Under the pieces are notes generated by a model. It saw only the letters and a program-made list of their open reading frames with translations, was not told the DNA's origin and made no database searches. A stretch of DNA of 64,000 bases from the NCBI GenBank assembly GCA_963701295.1, contig OY969585.1:192001-256000 (forward strand). The letters run 5' to 3'. Shown one piece after another: positions 42,628-53,138 of this stretch. Each line of letters begins with the position of its first letter. Positions within the stretch are counted from its first letter, which is position 1. Made by a program: the position numbers and the translations under genes. The DNA comes from Ignavibacteriota bacterium. Its GTDB lineage: Bacteria > Bacteroidota > Ignavibacteria > UBA10030.

Positions 42628-44008
42628 TTTAAAAAGGAAAGAGTCAAGTAAATAATATACTCCCGATGCGTTCCGCGCAATCGGAATGCAGAGTTCTTTA
42701 ACATTAAGGACGACCGAATCCGTGCCGATGCCGCGTTCTCTATCGAATAGACAGGCGATTACCAGAGCAATGCCGTCCAAACCAGTTTACGGATTTACAT
42801 TCACTCATTGAAGAAACGATGGTGAAAGCGTATCTCGTCGAGCGAGATGTTCCAGATATTACCACGGCACAGCGCACTCTCTTCCCAATCCAGCGAACGA
42901 TCCCGACGCAGTCGGGATCAGTTAGGAAAGCGGGCTTGAGAGGCGCGGCCACTGCTGAGATTTATGCCGGCTGATCGGCTGACCTTTGAGACCTTTATAT
43001 ATTGTTTTGTTTTTTAAGACATAGTAAACAATCTTCGCAAGTTCTTTGGCAACGACGGTTCGCGCAGTCGCCTCATTGGAGCGACGAGCTAATTTCTGGA
43101 ATAAGCGTTTGTATTCCGGATAGTACTGAATAGCATGAACAGCGGCATCGGAGAAGGCGATTTTGAGATACTTATTGCCGTCTTTGCTGGAGCGATGGTG
43201 CACAGAGCGATTGGAGTTATCGGCAGCAGGGACGAGTCGGCAGTAAGAGACAAACTTTTTATCGGAGTCGAATCGTTCAATGCCGTCGATTTCAAGATAC
43301 ACCGTGAATGCGGTGAGCTTGCCGATACCTGGAATGTGCAAGAGCCGTTGAATATCGTCGTTGGGAATCAGCACAGGATGGAGAGATTTTTCCAGCGAGA
43401 GGATCTGAGCAGTAAAAGTGTCTCTGGTATGTTGCAAGACAGCAAGTTGAAAACGATACGGATCCGGAACAGAGCCGTTAAATTTGGTCTGAATACTGTA
43501 GAGACGCAGAAGACTGGCAGTTCGTTGCTGAACGAGCCGTAGACGAATACGCATGGTATCGCGCAGGCCGCGTAGTTCTCGGCTGATTTTGTGAGCCCGT
43601 GGAATGAGTCCCTGTCGTAAGAGAAGAGCAAGAGTTTGCGAATCGACTTTATCTGTTTTAACTTTAGCATAACTGATGGCTTTGAGATATTTGGCGTGAG
43701 CAAGGACAAGCTCGATGCCGTGATCGCTGAGAAGATCGTTGAGCCAGTACCATCCTGTGGTAGACTCAACGACTGCGTGATGAGGACCGGGCAGAGAGTG
43801 GAAGTAATCAAGAACACGTTCATTGTTATTCTCGACACGTTGTCGCTTGATGACAGCACCAGTGTCATCAACAGTGGTGATAAAACAATTATCAGAATGC
43901 AAATCGATACCTGAGTAATACATGGGAATCTCCTTAGATTGTGGATGTTGGTGACCTAGAGAATTATCAATGTACATAATCGGGAGATTCCTTTTTGGTA
44001 ATATCCAG
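42628..44008 (-). mobile_element. IS110-family (IS1111-type) element in attC, copy 2
   Basis: Appears identical to 34054-35434; same insertion nucleotide and orientation. Confidence 0.92.
42922..43923 (-). CDS. IS110-family DEDD transposase/recombinase
   Basis: Same protein as 34348-35349. Confidence 0.93.
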   Translation of the reverse strand: MYYSGIDLHSDNCFITTVDDTGAVIKRQRVENNNERVLDYFHSLPGPHHAVVESTTGWYWLNDLLSDHGIELVLAHAKYLKAISYAKVKTDKVDSQTLALLLRQGLIPRAHKISRELRGLRDTMRIRLRLVQQRTASLLRLYSIQTKFNGSVPDPYRFQLAVLQHTRDTFTAQILSLEKSLHPVLIPNDDIQRLLHIPGIGKLTAFTVYLEIDGIERFDSDKKFVSYCRLVPAADNSNRSVHHRSSKDGNKYLKIAFSDAAVHAIQYYPEYKRLFQKLARRSNEATARTVVAKELAKIVYYVLKNKTIYKGLKGQPISRHKSQQWPRLSSPLS

Positions 44009-44172
44009 CGGCTCAAGCTGACCGGATGAGCGTTGGTGCGTTAAGCATGGCGAGCATAGGTTTCGGTTCTTAATAATAAACTTTTCAGCGTGAACTTGTT
44101 TCGTTTGGTACATTTTGAAAGTATTCAGCGCGGCAGCTTAGCCGCCATCCGTTAGCCCGCAAGAAAGGATCA

Positions 44173-44712
44173 ATGGCACTAGTAGTCTTCCTCAAAGGCG
44201 TCAACGTTGGTGGCCACCGGACGTTTCGTCCGAGCGCGTTGGCAAAGCGATTAAAGCGCTTCGGCACCATCAACATTGGTGCAGCGGGGACATTTATCAT
44301 TCCCAAGTCAGTTGGCCGGATGCAGCTTCGAATGGCGATTCGACGGCTCATGCCATTTAATGTGGATATCATAATCTGCAAGGGCCGCGACATCCTCGAG
44401 CTGGTATCACAAGATCCGTTTGCTGACCAACGCTCCTCCAAACGCGATATTGTGCAGTTCATCAGCGTACAGGAAAAGCGACAACAGCTGCTGTGTGCCC
44501 CCCCATTCACTGTACCTGCGACTGGCCGATGGTGTGTAAGAGTTCTCGCCCACTACAAACGCTTTGTTATAGGCATGCATCGTCGTGAGATGCGAGCTAT
44601 CAGACATCTTGGGCAACTGGAGAAGCTTGTTGGAGGGACGATTACAACGCGGAGTTGGACTACAATCCTAACGCTCGCACGCCTGCTCTGCGTACAACCA
44701 AGCGGTAGCTGA
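44173..44712 (+). CDS. Cassette 12 DUF1697-family protein
   Basis: VVFLKGVNVGGHR, GAAGTF, TTRSWTTI. Confidence 0.8.
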   Translation: MALVVFLKGVNVGGHRTFRPSALAKRLKRFGTINIGAAGTFIIPKSVGRMQLRMAIRRLMPFNVDIIICKGRDILELVSQDPFADQRSSKRDIVQFISVQEKRQQLLCAPPFTVPATGRWCVRVLAHYKRFVIGMHRREMRAIRHLGQLEKLVGGTITTRSWTTILTLARLLCVQPSGS

Positions 44713-44744
44713 CCATAGCGGCATGGTATAGAAAATCCCTTGCG

Positions 44745-44903
44745 GGCTAACCAGCGGCTCAAGCTGACCGGATGAGCGTTGGTACGTTAAGCATTGCGAT
44801 CATAGGTTTTAGTTCTTAATAATAAACTTTTCAGCATGAACTTGTTTCGTTTAGTACATTTTGAAAGTTATCAGTGCGGCAGCTTAGCCGCCATCCGTTA
44901 GGC
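44745..44903 (+). repeat. attC 12 (159 bp)
   Basis: ggctaac...gttaggc. Confidence 0.92.
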
Positions 44904-44936
44904 GGGCATACAAAAACAACATTAAAGGAAAAGAAA

Positions 44937-45596
44937 ATGACTATCAAACAAAAAGAAGACGATTTCTTTTCTAGATATCCGGAAGGTTTAAAAAACATTG
45001 TTCGTGATGGTGTTGTTGAAGAAGGTTCTTACTTGACGAGCAGTCCAAAGATGCTATTTCTTCTAAAAGAAACTAATAGCCCAGGTGAAAGTGGGTGGAG
45101 TCTTATCGAAAAAATCCGATCCTATGATTCGGTTCCAATGCTCGATACCTTGGCAAGATGGACATCAGGAATCCGTAATCTTCCAAAAGACCTTCCGTGG
45201 ATCGGAGTCAAAAATATTAGTGCATATACACGTATTTCGGTTTTAAATCAGGTTGTACTTTTCAATCTTAAGAAAACCCCCGGAGGTCGCTTTACCTTCG
45301 AGAATAAATTGGCAGAAGAGGCTTTAAAACACGCTAGTCTTCTAAAAGAACAATTCTCTTTCTACGATCCCGATCTTGTAATCTGTTGTGGTAAAGCAAC
45401 TGCTAGATTGTTTAATAAAATTCTTTCGCCCAACGAAGTTCCTTGGCCAAACACAACTGAAGGGATTCCATTTAGAGAATTTCTTCCTAAAAAATATGTC
45501 ATCGCTTATAATCATCCCCAAGCGATCGTGAACAAGGAACGTCAATATTCTAGATTAGTAAAAGCTGTCAAGGAAATATTTTATAAACAAACGTAG
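44937..45596 (+). CDS. Cassette 13 uracil-DNA glycosylase-like fold protein
   Basis: KMLFLLKETN, NLKK.PG, EQ....PDLVICCG, YNHP. Confidence 0.65.
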   Translation: MTIKQKEDDFFSRYPEGLKNIVRDGVVEEGSYLTSSPKMLFLLKETNSPGESGWSLIEKIRSYDSVPMLDTLARWTSGIRNLPKDLPWIGVKNISAYTRISVLNQVVLFNLKKTPGGRFTFENKLAEEALKHASLLKEQFSFYDPDLVICCGKATARLFNKILSPNEVPWPNTTEGIPFREFLPKKYVIAYNHPQAIVNKERQYSRLVKAVKEIFYKQT

Positions 45597-45603
45597 TATG
45601 CCC

Positions 45604-45762
45604 GCCTAACCAGGCGCTCAAGCTGACGGAATGGGCGTGGGTGCAATTTACATTGCGTGTAAAGTTTTAGATGTTTAATAATTTATTTATCAGCGTGAAC
45701 TTAGTTCGTTTGTTGCAACTTGAAAATATTCAGCGCCGCAGCTTAGCGCCAGTCCGTTAGGT
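45604..45762 (+). repeat. attC 13 (159 bp)
   Basis: gcctaac...gttaggt. Confidence 0.92.
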
Positions 45763-45808
45763 TGCGTTTTAAAATAGTTTTGCGACAGTCTCTCCAAGAA
45801 AGTTTAAC

Positions 45809-46555
45809 GTGATATATGAAATTGATATTGCTACTCGTGATGTTGAAGATAGGATTACACGCATTCGAGAAGGAGCATGGTTTTTACAATGGGCACTAAT
45901 TTATTTGCCAAATGTTCCAAAGCCTCTCAACTTTGACGGGGCACTCCAATTTTCTCAAGTATATGCGCGTTACTCAAACAGAATGAGCTATCATGCCGAA
46001 CAGTTTATCAAAAATTTGAAAGACATCCAGAACGTTCTTTCTGTTAAAGTAGAGGTCGATCAAGAAGTCTTTATGTCTACTCATGATTCTCTCTTTTTCG
46101 ATTTTGATGCCTTCATAGCCTCGGCCAAAACTCTAGTCGAAGGAAACATCCGAGAACGAGCAAGGCATCTCGATCCATGGCTTCACACAGCGTTTGAACA
46201 ACTCGCAACAGTACACTTCCAAAATTTCGTTGACCCATTCTTGGCACCTTTTAGAAACGAGATATTACATGTTAATAATTTTGGAAGTAGCCTTTATTCA
46301 CAACTTTCTTTGAGAAATGACGGCCAAGTTATACATGTTTCAATGAAACCAGTGTTCGGGACTTTCCAAGATCGCTCAGTCGATCTAATTGGTGTATTTT
46401 GTAAAACATTTGAACAAATGGAAAATATATTTTGCCAAGTAGCTGGTTGTATCCTAGCGCATTTCTTCTCCAAATGGGGAGCACCGCATAATCCTGCTGA
46501 AGTATTTGCAGACAAGTCCATTGATCTTACGTATTTTAAAATACCAAACATTTAA
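45809..46555 (+). CDS. Cassette 14 gene A, putative HEPN-like RNase
   Basis: Helical protein with DFDAFIASAK and an R-x4-H motif RNEILH. Confidence 0.55.
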   Translation: MIYEIDIATRDVEDRITRIREGAWFLQWALIYLPNVPKPLNFDGALQFSQVYARYSNRMSYHAEQFIKNLKDIQNVLSVKVEVDQEVFMSTHDSLFFDFDAFIASAKTLVEGNIRERARHLDPWLHTAFEQLATVHFQNFVDPFLAPFRNEILHVNNFGSSLYSQLSLRNDGQVIHVSMKPVFGTFQDRSVDLIGVFCKTFEQMENIFCQVAGCILAHFFSKWGAPHNPAEVFADKSIDLTYFKIPNI

Positions 46556-46633
46556 AGTGGAGAGACCGTCAAATAACACGCATAAAAATGAATCATAATT
46601 TATATATATCATAGGTTGAAAGGATCATATACA

Positions 46634-47080
46634 ATGAACAAGATACTAATGTTTCTCTTGCTTTTCCCCTTGTCGGTGATTTGTTCACCAATTCTTGCTC
46701 AAGATTCATTGGCGAAACAAATAAGAACAAGTGGGCTTCTCAATGGCAGGGCTTGGGAAAAAGTTCAATATGATGATAAGACATTATTCCTGGCTGGATT
46801 AGTTGATGGAATAACGATGTTTTTTGATGAGTATTTTATAATTGCCAAAAATGAAAAAGAAGAAATCAAGATTACTAAAGTTTTCATGGAGAACGTGCAT
46901 CAAGCACAACTTAATGATATAATCCAACCGATAGACGCATTCTATGCAGACCGTACCAATATAAGAATACCGATAGCATATGCTTACAAATATGTTCTGA
47001 TGAAAATTAAGGGAGCCAGTCCAAAAGAGTTAGATGAATATGCTTCTAAATTGCGGAGGAATTATAATAATGCTGAATAA
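46634..47080 (+). CDS. Cassette 14 gene B, secreted hypothetical protein
   Basis: Signal peptide; NGRAW, FLAGLVDG, IDAFY. Confidence 0.7.
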   Translation: MNKILMFLLLFPLSVICSPILAQDSLAKQIRTSGLLNGRAWEKVQYDDKTLFLAGLVDGITMFFDEYFIIAKNEKEEIKITKVFMENVHQAQLNDIIQPIDAFYADRTNIRIPIAYAYKYVLMKIKGASPKELDEYASKLRRNYNNAE

Positions 47081-47098
47081 TAAATTTTACAAAACGCA

Positions 47099-47253
47099 AC
47101 CTAACCAGGCGCTCAAGCTGACGGAATGAGCTCACTGCAATTTGCATGGCGTGCATAGGTTTAGTACAGAATTGAAGTTATCAGCATGAACTTGTTACGT
47201 TTTCAGACACTTGAAACTTATCAGCGCCGCAGCTTAGCGCCGGTCCGTTAGGC
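47099..47253 (+). repeat. attC 14 (155 bp)
   Basis: acctaac...gttaggc. Confidence 0.92.
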
Positions 47254-47268
47254 GCCGCAGGAGTAGTT

Positions 47269-47898
47269 ATGTGGAAATATTTATTTATTCTTTTTTCAAT
47301 TACCTTTGCTTATTCTTTCCAAAAGAAAGGATTTGAAGCAATCAAGGTTGGGATGAAAGATTCAGAAGTTGAAAAACTCGTCGGCCTTCCTCAGGAAATA
47401 TTTCGAGGATTTCCAAAAGTCGAGGACTATGAAGTTGTAAATGCAGGTCAACTTAACTACACCTGTTGGCGTTATAAGCAATCAGTGAAAACTCTATATG
47501 CTGAAATTGATTCTGATCGTCCAGTTCCTAGAAAAGATACTGTTTATATCTATAATGGTGTTGAAAGTGTTGAGTATTCATTGAACGAAGCTAAAAAAAT
47601 AAGTGACACAATTTATTGGTATTGCTATAAATCAGGATCCAAAGAAGTTGTCACAAAAGAAAAATATTACACATTGCTTATTGGCGATAAGGGCTCTTCT
47701 GTGTACTGTGTTCCTGTTGAATCTAAATCAATGAAGATCGTTGATAGTTATGACACAGATATAACTCAGAAAGTTCATAAAAAGTATTTTCTCATTTCAA
47801 ACATGTGTGTTCTGTTTGAACCATCAAGTAATAGAGTTGTCAGTGTGGAATATCTACCTACTAAATTGGAACTTAAAGTCACAAAAATAAGTAAATAA
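47269..47898 (+). CDS. Cassette 15 secreted protein with SmpA/BamE-like motif
   Basis: Signal peptide; IKVGMKDSEVEKLVGLP. Confidence 0.65.
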   Translation: MWKYLFILFSITFAYSFQKKGFEAIKVGMKDSEVEKLVGLPQEIFRGFPKVEDYEVVNAGQLNYTCWRYKQSVKTLYAEIDSDRPVPRKDTVYIYNGVESVEYSLNEAKKISDTIYWYCYKSGSKEVVTKEKYYTLLIGDKGSSVYCVPVESKSMKIVDSYDTDITQKVHKKYFLISNMCVLFEPSSNRVVSVEYLPTKLELKVTKISK

Positions 47899-47928
47899 AC
47901 TGGCTCTGATGGAGGAAACATCTGCGGC

Positions 47929-48080
47929 GCCTAACCAGCAACTCAAGCTGACAGAATGAGCGTGGGTACGTTAGGCATGGCGCTTGGGAATTATTGATTG
48001 TAATATTTTATAATAAACTTGGTTAGTATTCAGCAACTTGCGGCTTCTCAGCGCTGCAGCTTAGTTGCCATCCGTTAGGG
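47929..48080 (+). repeat. attC 15 (152 bp)
   Basis: gcctaac...gttaggg. Confidence 0.92.
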
Positions 48081-48087
48081 CGCAATA

Positions 48088-48954
48088 ATGAAAAGCATGA
48101 ATAATATGAAATGCTTCATAATGGCATATCGCACTTTATCTTTACTTATTGGTCTTATAGTTTTGTTCGCTGATTCACTACAATCACAAACTAAACCTAT
48201 TCCAATCACCGTCACCTGCAGAGAATCCACTTTTAAAGGATCATATGTTTTGCAAATTCAAAGCATGTCTAATGATAAATTAAACTTATGGTTGCAAGCT
48301 AAGGGTAAGACTTCCCAATTTCTTCTTCCTGCTGGCAAGGTGATGGAATTCGGTTGGGCTCAAGGTTATAAATTCGATGCAAATAATCTTTTTCTCGTCG
48401 GGAGTAGCGGATTTGATACTATTAAACAGGTAATGCCGAATGTTGAGTTATCTCCTTGGAGAATTGGTTTTGCAGATGGTGGTCTTGCGCTTAGTCTTTC
48501 ACAATCTTTTATGCAGACTCGATTGCCAAAATATTTAGAATTGCCTGTAAAAGAGAATTTATCAAATATTCTTGAGGTAGCACTCAATCAAGTACCACAG
48601 ATTATATTAAAAGAAGGATCCGAAAGAATTTATGCTAATGCTAACCTTGAGGCATCGATTACTTCTCTGAATCTTCATGTCCCTATTGTTGCAAGTGTTT
48701 CGTTTGTTCCTTCTTATGTTGTCTCAACTGGTCAAATAATTGCATCTCAAATTACAGTCGAAAACATTGATATGAATGTTTTGCCAAAGGAATGGATAGA
48801 TGAGACAACTAAAATTGTCAACAAGGTTTTACCCGCTCTGTTTGCTAAATATGTCTTTTATCAATTGGAGCATAAATGGCTGTTAAAAGTTGCCAAGGTT
48901 GTACATCTACGAACGAAAGTTATTGATAGCAGATTGGAAATTATAATTCTTTAG
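48088..48954 (+). CDS. Cassette 16 exported hypothetical protein
   Basis: 288-aa ORF filling the cassette; start uncertain (several ATGs). Confidence 0.7.
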   Translation: MKSMNNMKCFIMAYRTLSLLIGLIVLFADSLQSQTKPIPITVTCRESTFKGSYVLQIQSMSNDKLNLWLQAKGKTSQFLLPAGKVMEFGWAQGYKFDANNLFLVGSSGFDTIKQVMPNVELSPWRIGFADGGLALSLSQSFMQTRLPKYLELPVKENLSNILEVALNQVPQIILKEGSERIYANANLEASITSLNLHVPIVASVSFVPSYVVSTGQIIASQITVENIDMNVLPKEWIDETTKIVNKVLPALFAKYVFYQLEHKWLLKVAKVVHLRTKVIDSRLEIIIL

Positions 48955-48969
48955 TAAGAAATTATTGCG

Positions 48970-49167
48970 CCCTAACCAGCGGTTCAAGCTGACCGGATGA
49001 GCGTTGGTACTTTACGCATGGCGAATGGTGGGTTTAGGTTTTTATAATTAAGTTCTTTGTACTTCATAACTTTTGTGAAAATAATTTCGTTATCAGCATG
49101 AAACTTGTTTCGTTAAGTACTATTTTGAAAGTTATCAGTGCGGCAGCTTAACCGCCATCCGTTAGGC
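48970..49167 (+). repeat. attC 16 (198 bp)
   Basis: ccctaac-cagcggttcaagc...gcttaaccgc..gttaggc (compensatory change). Confidence 0.92.
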
Positions 49168-49192
49168 CGCCATAATCAAAAGAGGTAACATT

Positions 49193-49564
49193 ATGGGTAT
49201 CACATATTCTATTGATAAGAATCTAGACGTAATATTTGAGGTCTGGGATGGTGAAATAATTGCAAATGATCTTAGAGAATATTGGATCAATTATTTAGCG
49301 AACCCAGATGTTATGAAATGTAGAAGGACTCTTGTTGATTTACGTAAATCTATAGTCAAAATTAAGGGTGATGAACTAGCAAGCCTTATCGAATCAATTG
49401 TGATCCCCAAGTTGGGGAAACTGAAATGGAAGAGTGCACTGCTCGTCGAAGCGCCAATTCAAATAGGAATATCGAGACAATATAATGTGTTTGCGGAACT
49501 CTACAGCAAAGACGAAATATTTCATGATTATGATAGCGCCCTAAAATGGTTACTCCAACAGTAA
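49193..49564 (+). CDS. Cassette 17 STAS/SEC14 (SpoIIAA-like) small protein
   Basis: W.GEI, LVDLR, K.ALLV, IF.D...ALKWL. Confidence 0.7.
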   Translation: MGITYSIDKNLDVIFEVWDGEIIANDLREYWINYLANPDVMKCRRTLVDLRKSIVKIKGDELASLIESIVIPKLGKLKWKSALLVEAPIQIGISRQYNVFAELYSKDEIFHDYDSALKWLLQQ

Positions 49565-49575
49565 TTATTATGGCG

Positions 49576-49734
49576 GCCTAACCAGCAACTCAAGCTGACG
49601 GTATGAGCGTTAGTACGTTAAGCATGGCGTGTAGAGGTTCGGATGTTTAATAACAAACTTTTCAGCATGAACTTGTTTCGTTTTCAGCAACTTGCGGGTT
49701 TTCGTTGCCGCAGCTTAGTTGCCATCCGTTAGAA
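49576..49734 (+). repeat. attC 17 (159 bp)
   Basis: gcctaac...gttagaa. Confidence 0.9.
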
Positions 49735-49869
49735 CACACGAATTACTTATGGCATAACAATACAATTTATAGAAAAGTTAAAAATAGTGGAGACCAGATC
49801 CCACTTTAAAAAACGGGGCGACATTAAAGAGCCAAATGATTAGGGAAATCAATAAGAAGGGAAATAACA

Positions 49870-50139
49870 ATGGAAACAGAAAATAATAATCAAAAACAAA
49901 TTGTTATTGTAAAAACTGAAAAAAGCATGGGAGTTACAATACTCCTAACAATATTGTTCGGTCCCTTAGGAATGTTTTATTCAACAATAACAGGCGCAAT
50001 AGTAATGATGATTGTTAGTGTGTTAGTAGCGATAGTCACATTTGGTTTTGGATTAATAATTACTTGGCCTGTTTGTATTATATGGGCTGCATTAGCCACT
50101 AAGAATTATAATAATAATTTAGGAGTTCAATACAAATGA
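49870..50139 (+). CDS. Cassette 18 gene A, small membrane protein
   Basis: KSMG..ILLTILFGPLGMFYS, TM2-like hydrophobic pattern. Confidence 0.75.
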   Translation: METENNNQKQIVIVKTEKSMGVTILLTILFGPLGMFYSTITGAIVMMIVSVLVAIVTFGFGLIITWPVCIIWAALATKNYNNNLGVQYK

Positions 50140-51422
50140 ATCTTAGCGAAAAATATTCCATAGTAATAGTTTTGCTATTTGTAAGCAGCTTCCAACAAAT
50201 ATATGCTCAAGCCATAGGCAAAGAAGAAGCTTTTTTTACTTTTATGAAAGTATACAATTTGACACCGAGTACTCCTACTGACGTGTCTATGCGAAATGGA
50301 TCGTTGTCACAGGAATCACCAAGAATCTCTCAGTCTAATGGTGGCTTTCAGTTGTTTAAGGATAAGGGAAAGAATTTTTTAGAATACTACCTATACGTAT
50401 TCGATCCTTACAATTTTGAACAAAAACGAAATGATGAGTTTGAAAGAGATAACTACGCGAGAATAATGAATGCCAAAATACTTAAAGGCATCGAAAAGGT
50501 GAATTTTGAAAAAAAATATTCAATATCATGCAGAGCAGAAATTGGGGAATATTCCAGTGGCAATAATTCATTTCCAATTTATTTTAACCCGGAGGCCAAC
50601 TTTGCCCTAACTTTTTATAGTGAGAACCTTCTCGAATGTTATTGCAAAATAGTCAATTATGATAATTTCAATATGATTTTAAAAATGTCTGCAGCCCAGG
50701 CTAAAACCATTATCGCAAGAAGAAAGAATCAAGGTGGTTCAATTAATAGAAGTGTTTATTTAAACCTTACTTATTCTGTTGTAAATAAGAAAACAAATAA
50801 TCCTACTAATTCAGCATCAAATATCATTGGTTCTGGAATACTAATTTATGTGTATTCTATCGACATTTTAGACTATCAAGGGGCAACAAAGAAGTTAGGT
50901 ACTCTATATCCTAATATAGATTATTATGATAAAGTACATGGTGTTAAAATAAAAGATGGAACAGTCACCACTTATTATAAAGCCGATTGGCAAACGTGCT
51001 CAAAAGAAGAGGCAAAATATTATAGAGTTATTAATTATGTTGACGGAAAAATTTCTGGCACTGTAAAAGATTATTTTATTTCTGGTAATTTACAAATGGA
51101 GGGAACTTATAATGATTACTGGGCAGAAAATGGGTATGGCAGTGGTTTATTTACTTGGTATTTCGAAAATGGACAAAAATCAGTAGAAGTAAACTATTCA
51201 AATGGAGCACAAAATGGGAAATATCAGTCATGGTATAGTAACGGTGCAACAAAAGAAGAAGTAAATATGATTGATGGTAAAAAAGATGGGTGTGATTATC
51301 AATGGAGTGAAGCCGGAGGTTGTATTGGTGATACTTGGACAGACTGTTTTATATTCTATAAAAACGGAGAAGCAGTTACTTTCAGTCGTGAATGTCCATT
51401 TAAATCTAAAAATCAAAAATAG
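50136..51422 (+). CDS. Cassette 18 gene B, secreted protein with MORN2/YwqK-like repeats
   Basis: Signal peptide; YFISGNLQMEGTY, YFENGQK, WYSNG repeats; ATGA overlap with gene A. Confidence 0.75.
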   Translation: MNLSEKYSIVIVLLFVSSFQQIYAQAIGKEEAFFTFMKVYNLTPSTPTDVSMRNGSLSQESPRISQSNGGFQLFKDKGKNFLEYYLYVFDPYNFEQKRNDEFERDNYARIMNAKILKGIEKVNFEKKYSISCRAEIGEYSSGNNSFPIYFNPEANFALTFYSENLLECYCKIVNYDNFNMILKMSAAQAKTIIARRKNQGGSINRSVYLNLTYSVVNKKTNNPTNSASNIIGSGILIYVYSIDILDYQGATKKLGTLYPNIDYYDKVHGVKIKDGTVTTYYKADWQTCSKEEAKYYRVINYVDGKISGTVKDYFISGNLQMEGTYNDYWAENGYGSGLFTWYFENGQKSVEVNYSNGAQNGKYQSWYSNGATKEEVNMIDGKKDGCDYQWSEAGGCIGDTWTDCFIFYKNGEAVTFSRECPFKSKNQK

Positions 51423-51482
51423 GAACCAAATTAGATAATACAATTGCAAAAAGTATTTAAATTAAATATTCTACCGCGTGTG

Positions 51483-51640
51483 TTCTAACCAGGCGCTCAA
51501 GCTGACGGTTGCCAGCTGGGTACGTTAAACATGGCGAGCATAGGTTTTAGTCTTAATAATTTCTTTTTCAGCGTGAACTCACTTCGCTGGGTGCATGTTG
51601 AAAATTATCAGCGCCGCAGCTTAGCGCCGGTCCGTTAGCC
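51483..51640 (+). repeat. attC 18 (158 bp)
   Basis: ttctaac...gttagcc. Confidence 0.9.
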
Positions 51641-51672
51641 AGCATTTGCATTCAGATCAAAAGGAGGTTCAG

Positions 51673-52272
51673 ATGAAACAATTTGCAATTTGGTTTTTAT
51701 CATTATCGTTTTTGATCTTCTTCTATGGTTGCGGAGCACCAAGCTTTGAAATCGTAAAGGTGAGCGACAAGTTTTCAGATCCAAAGGAACCATACGGTTT
51801 CTTAGGAAAGAATAACCGACTTTCAAACAAGTCTTCTCAGGGTGGAATTCATATTGACTCTAAAGGAGTTTATCTTGATCCATATGTTTACCGAGATAGA
51901 AAAACAAATGATGTGACATCAATTGGTTTCTATGTTACGCATTTAAATTTTGATGTCACATCGGGTTTCCGTCCAATTCAAGAAATTGTATTCCTAACAA
52001 ATACTGGTGAACGGGTTGCTCTTCAAGTAAAAGCATTAGATTCCGAATTCAGTGTTGGAAGTTGGAATACTGTTTCCAAAGAGTTCAACACTTCTTACAG
52101 CGAGAGTGGTATTTGCACAGTATCTAAAGAAGACATCTCCAAGTTAGCGAATGCAAAATCACTCGAAGCAAAAATCACAGGTGGTAAATTGTCTCAGACT
52201 TATGACAAGGACGATATTCCAGTTTCTTTCATTTCTAATCTTAAATTGTTTTATGAAACACAAATAAAGTAA
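51673..52272 (+). CDS. Cassette 19 lipoprotein
   Basis: AGGAGG RBS; lipobox FYGC. Confidence 0.75.
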   Translation: MKQFAIWFLSLSFLIFFYGCGAPSFEIVKVSDKFSDPKEPYGFLGKNNRLSNKSSQGGIHIDSKGVYLDPYVYRDRKTNDVTSIGFYVTHLNFDVTSGFRPIQEIVFLTNTGERVALQVKALDSEFSVGSWNTVSKEFNTSYSESGICTVSKEDISKLANAKSLEAKITGGKLSQTYDKDDIPVSFISNLKLFYETQIK

Positions 52273-52287
52273 TCATACACAAATGCT

Positions 52288-52483
52288 GGCTAACCAGCGG
52301 CTCAAGCTGACCGGATGAGCGTGGGAGCAATTTGCATTGCTAAGGTGGTTTTAGGTTTTTATTAGTAGCTTTTTAGTACTTCGTCGGTTGAGTAATTTAA
52401 ATATGGTCATCAGCATGAACTTGTTTCGTTTTGTGTAACATTAAAGTTGGTCACGCGGTCAGCTTAGCCGCAGTCCGTTAGGC
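52288..52483 (+). repeat. attC 19 (196 bp)
   Basis: ggctaac...gttaggc. Confidence 0.9.
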
Positions 52484-52525
52484 AGCCGCAAAAAAATATT
52501 GTTTAGAAATATCTATTAAGGGACT

Positions 52526-53125
52526 ATGAAAAATCGAAGCTACTTATTCGTTCTCTCAGCATTATTATTGTTTGGCTGTAGTCAAAAACGCGAAGAAATA
52601 GATTCGAAAAAGATTTATCCTTCTATCGATACTATTGCAATAATGTCTGTTACAACAAAACCCAACCTTATTCCTTTACCGGAAGTAGATTCTACCTTGG
52701 ATATAAATCCACGCATCTATTTAATCAAGGGTCAAGATGGATTCGTTTTATTCGATAGCGTTGGCTTAGATACATTTCACCTTTCTTCTAAGCGACAAAG
52801 AATTGATGTCGGACTTAAATCACCAACTGGTAAATATATCGCTTGCCTTGTTCGTGTTTCACTCGTTGATGAACCTGGTATCTGGGGAGACAAACCCGCA
52901 CCAAAGAGAGCATATCACAATTTGGTTGTTGTGAATACAGTTTCTGCTCGCATTGTCCGCAGGATGAAACCTCCTTGCGATAGTTTTATGAATTTTGATA
53001 AGTGGGTTTCAAAAAGTAGATTACTTTTTCATACTAGTGATGGTTTTGCTGTAGGTTGTTTTTTTGTCTTTGATGCTTTTCGTGATTCCTTGCAGAGAGT
53101 TCCTGATGAATATGATGATAAATAA
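52526..53125 (+). CDS. Cassette 20 lipoprotein (partial beta-propeller-like)
   Basis: Lipobox LFGC; SPTGKYIA. Confidence 0.7.
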   Translation: MKNRSYLFVLSALLLFGCSQKREEIDSKKIYPSIDTIAIMSVTTKPNLIPLPEVDSTLDINPRIYLIKGQDGFVLFDSVGLDTFHLSSKRQRIDVGLKSPTGKYIACLVRVSLVDEPGIWGDKPAPKRAYHNLVVVNTVSARIVRRMKPPCDSFMNFDKWVSKSRLLFHTSDGFAVGCFFVFDAFRDSLQRVPDEYDDK

Positions 53126-53138
53126 AATCAATGCGTCT

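Larger units (their letters stand above)
42618..44157 (+). repeat. attC 11, interrupted by IS (159 bp reconstituted)
   Basis: ccctaaccag|IS|cggctcaagc...gttagcc. Confidence 0.9.

Noticed and set aside
50136-51422. YwqK-like repeats as a toxin-antitoxin antitoxin
   Set aside because: The protein has a signal peptide and no recognisable toxin partner; MORN2-type repeats are generic.
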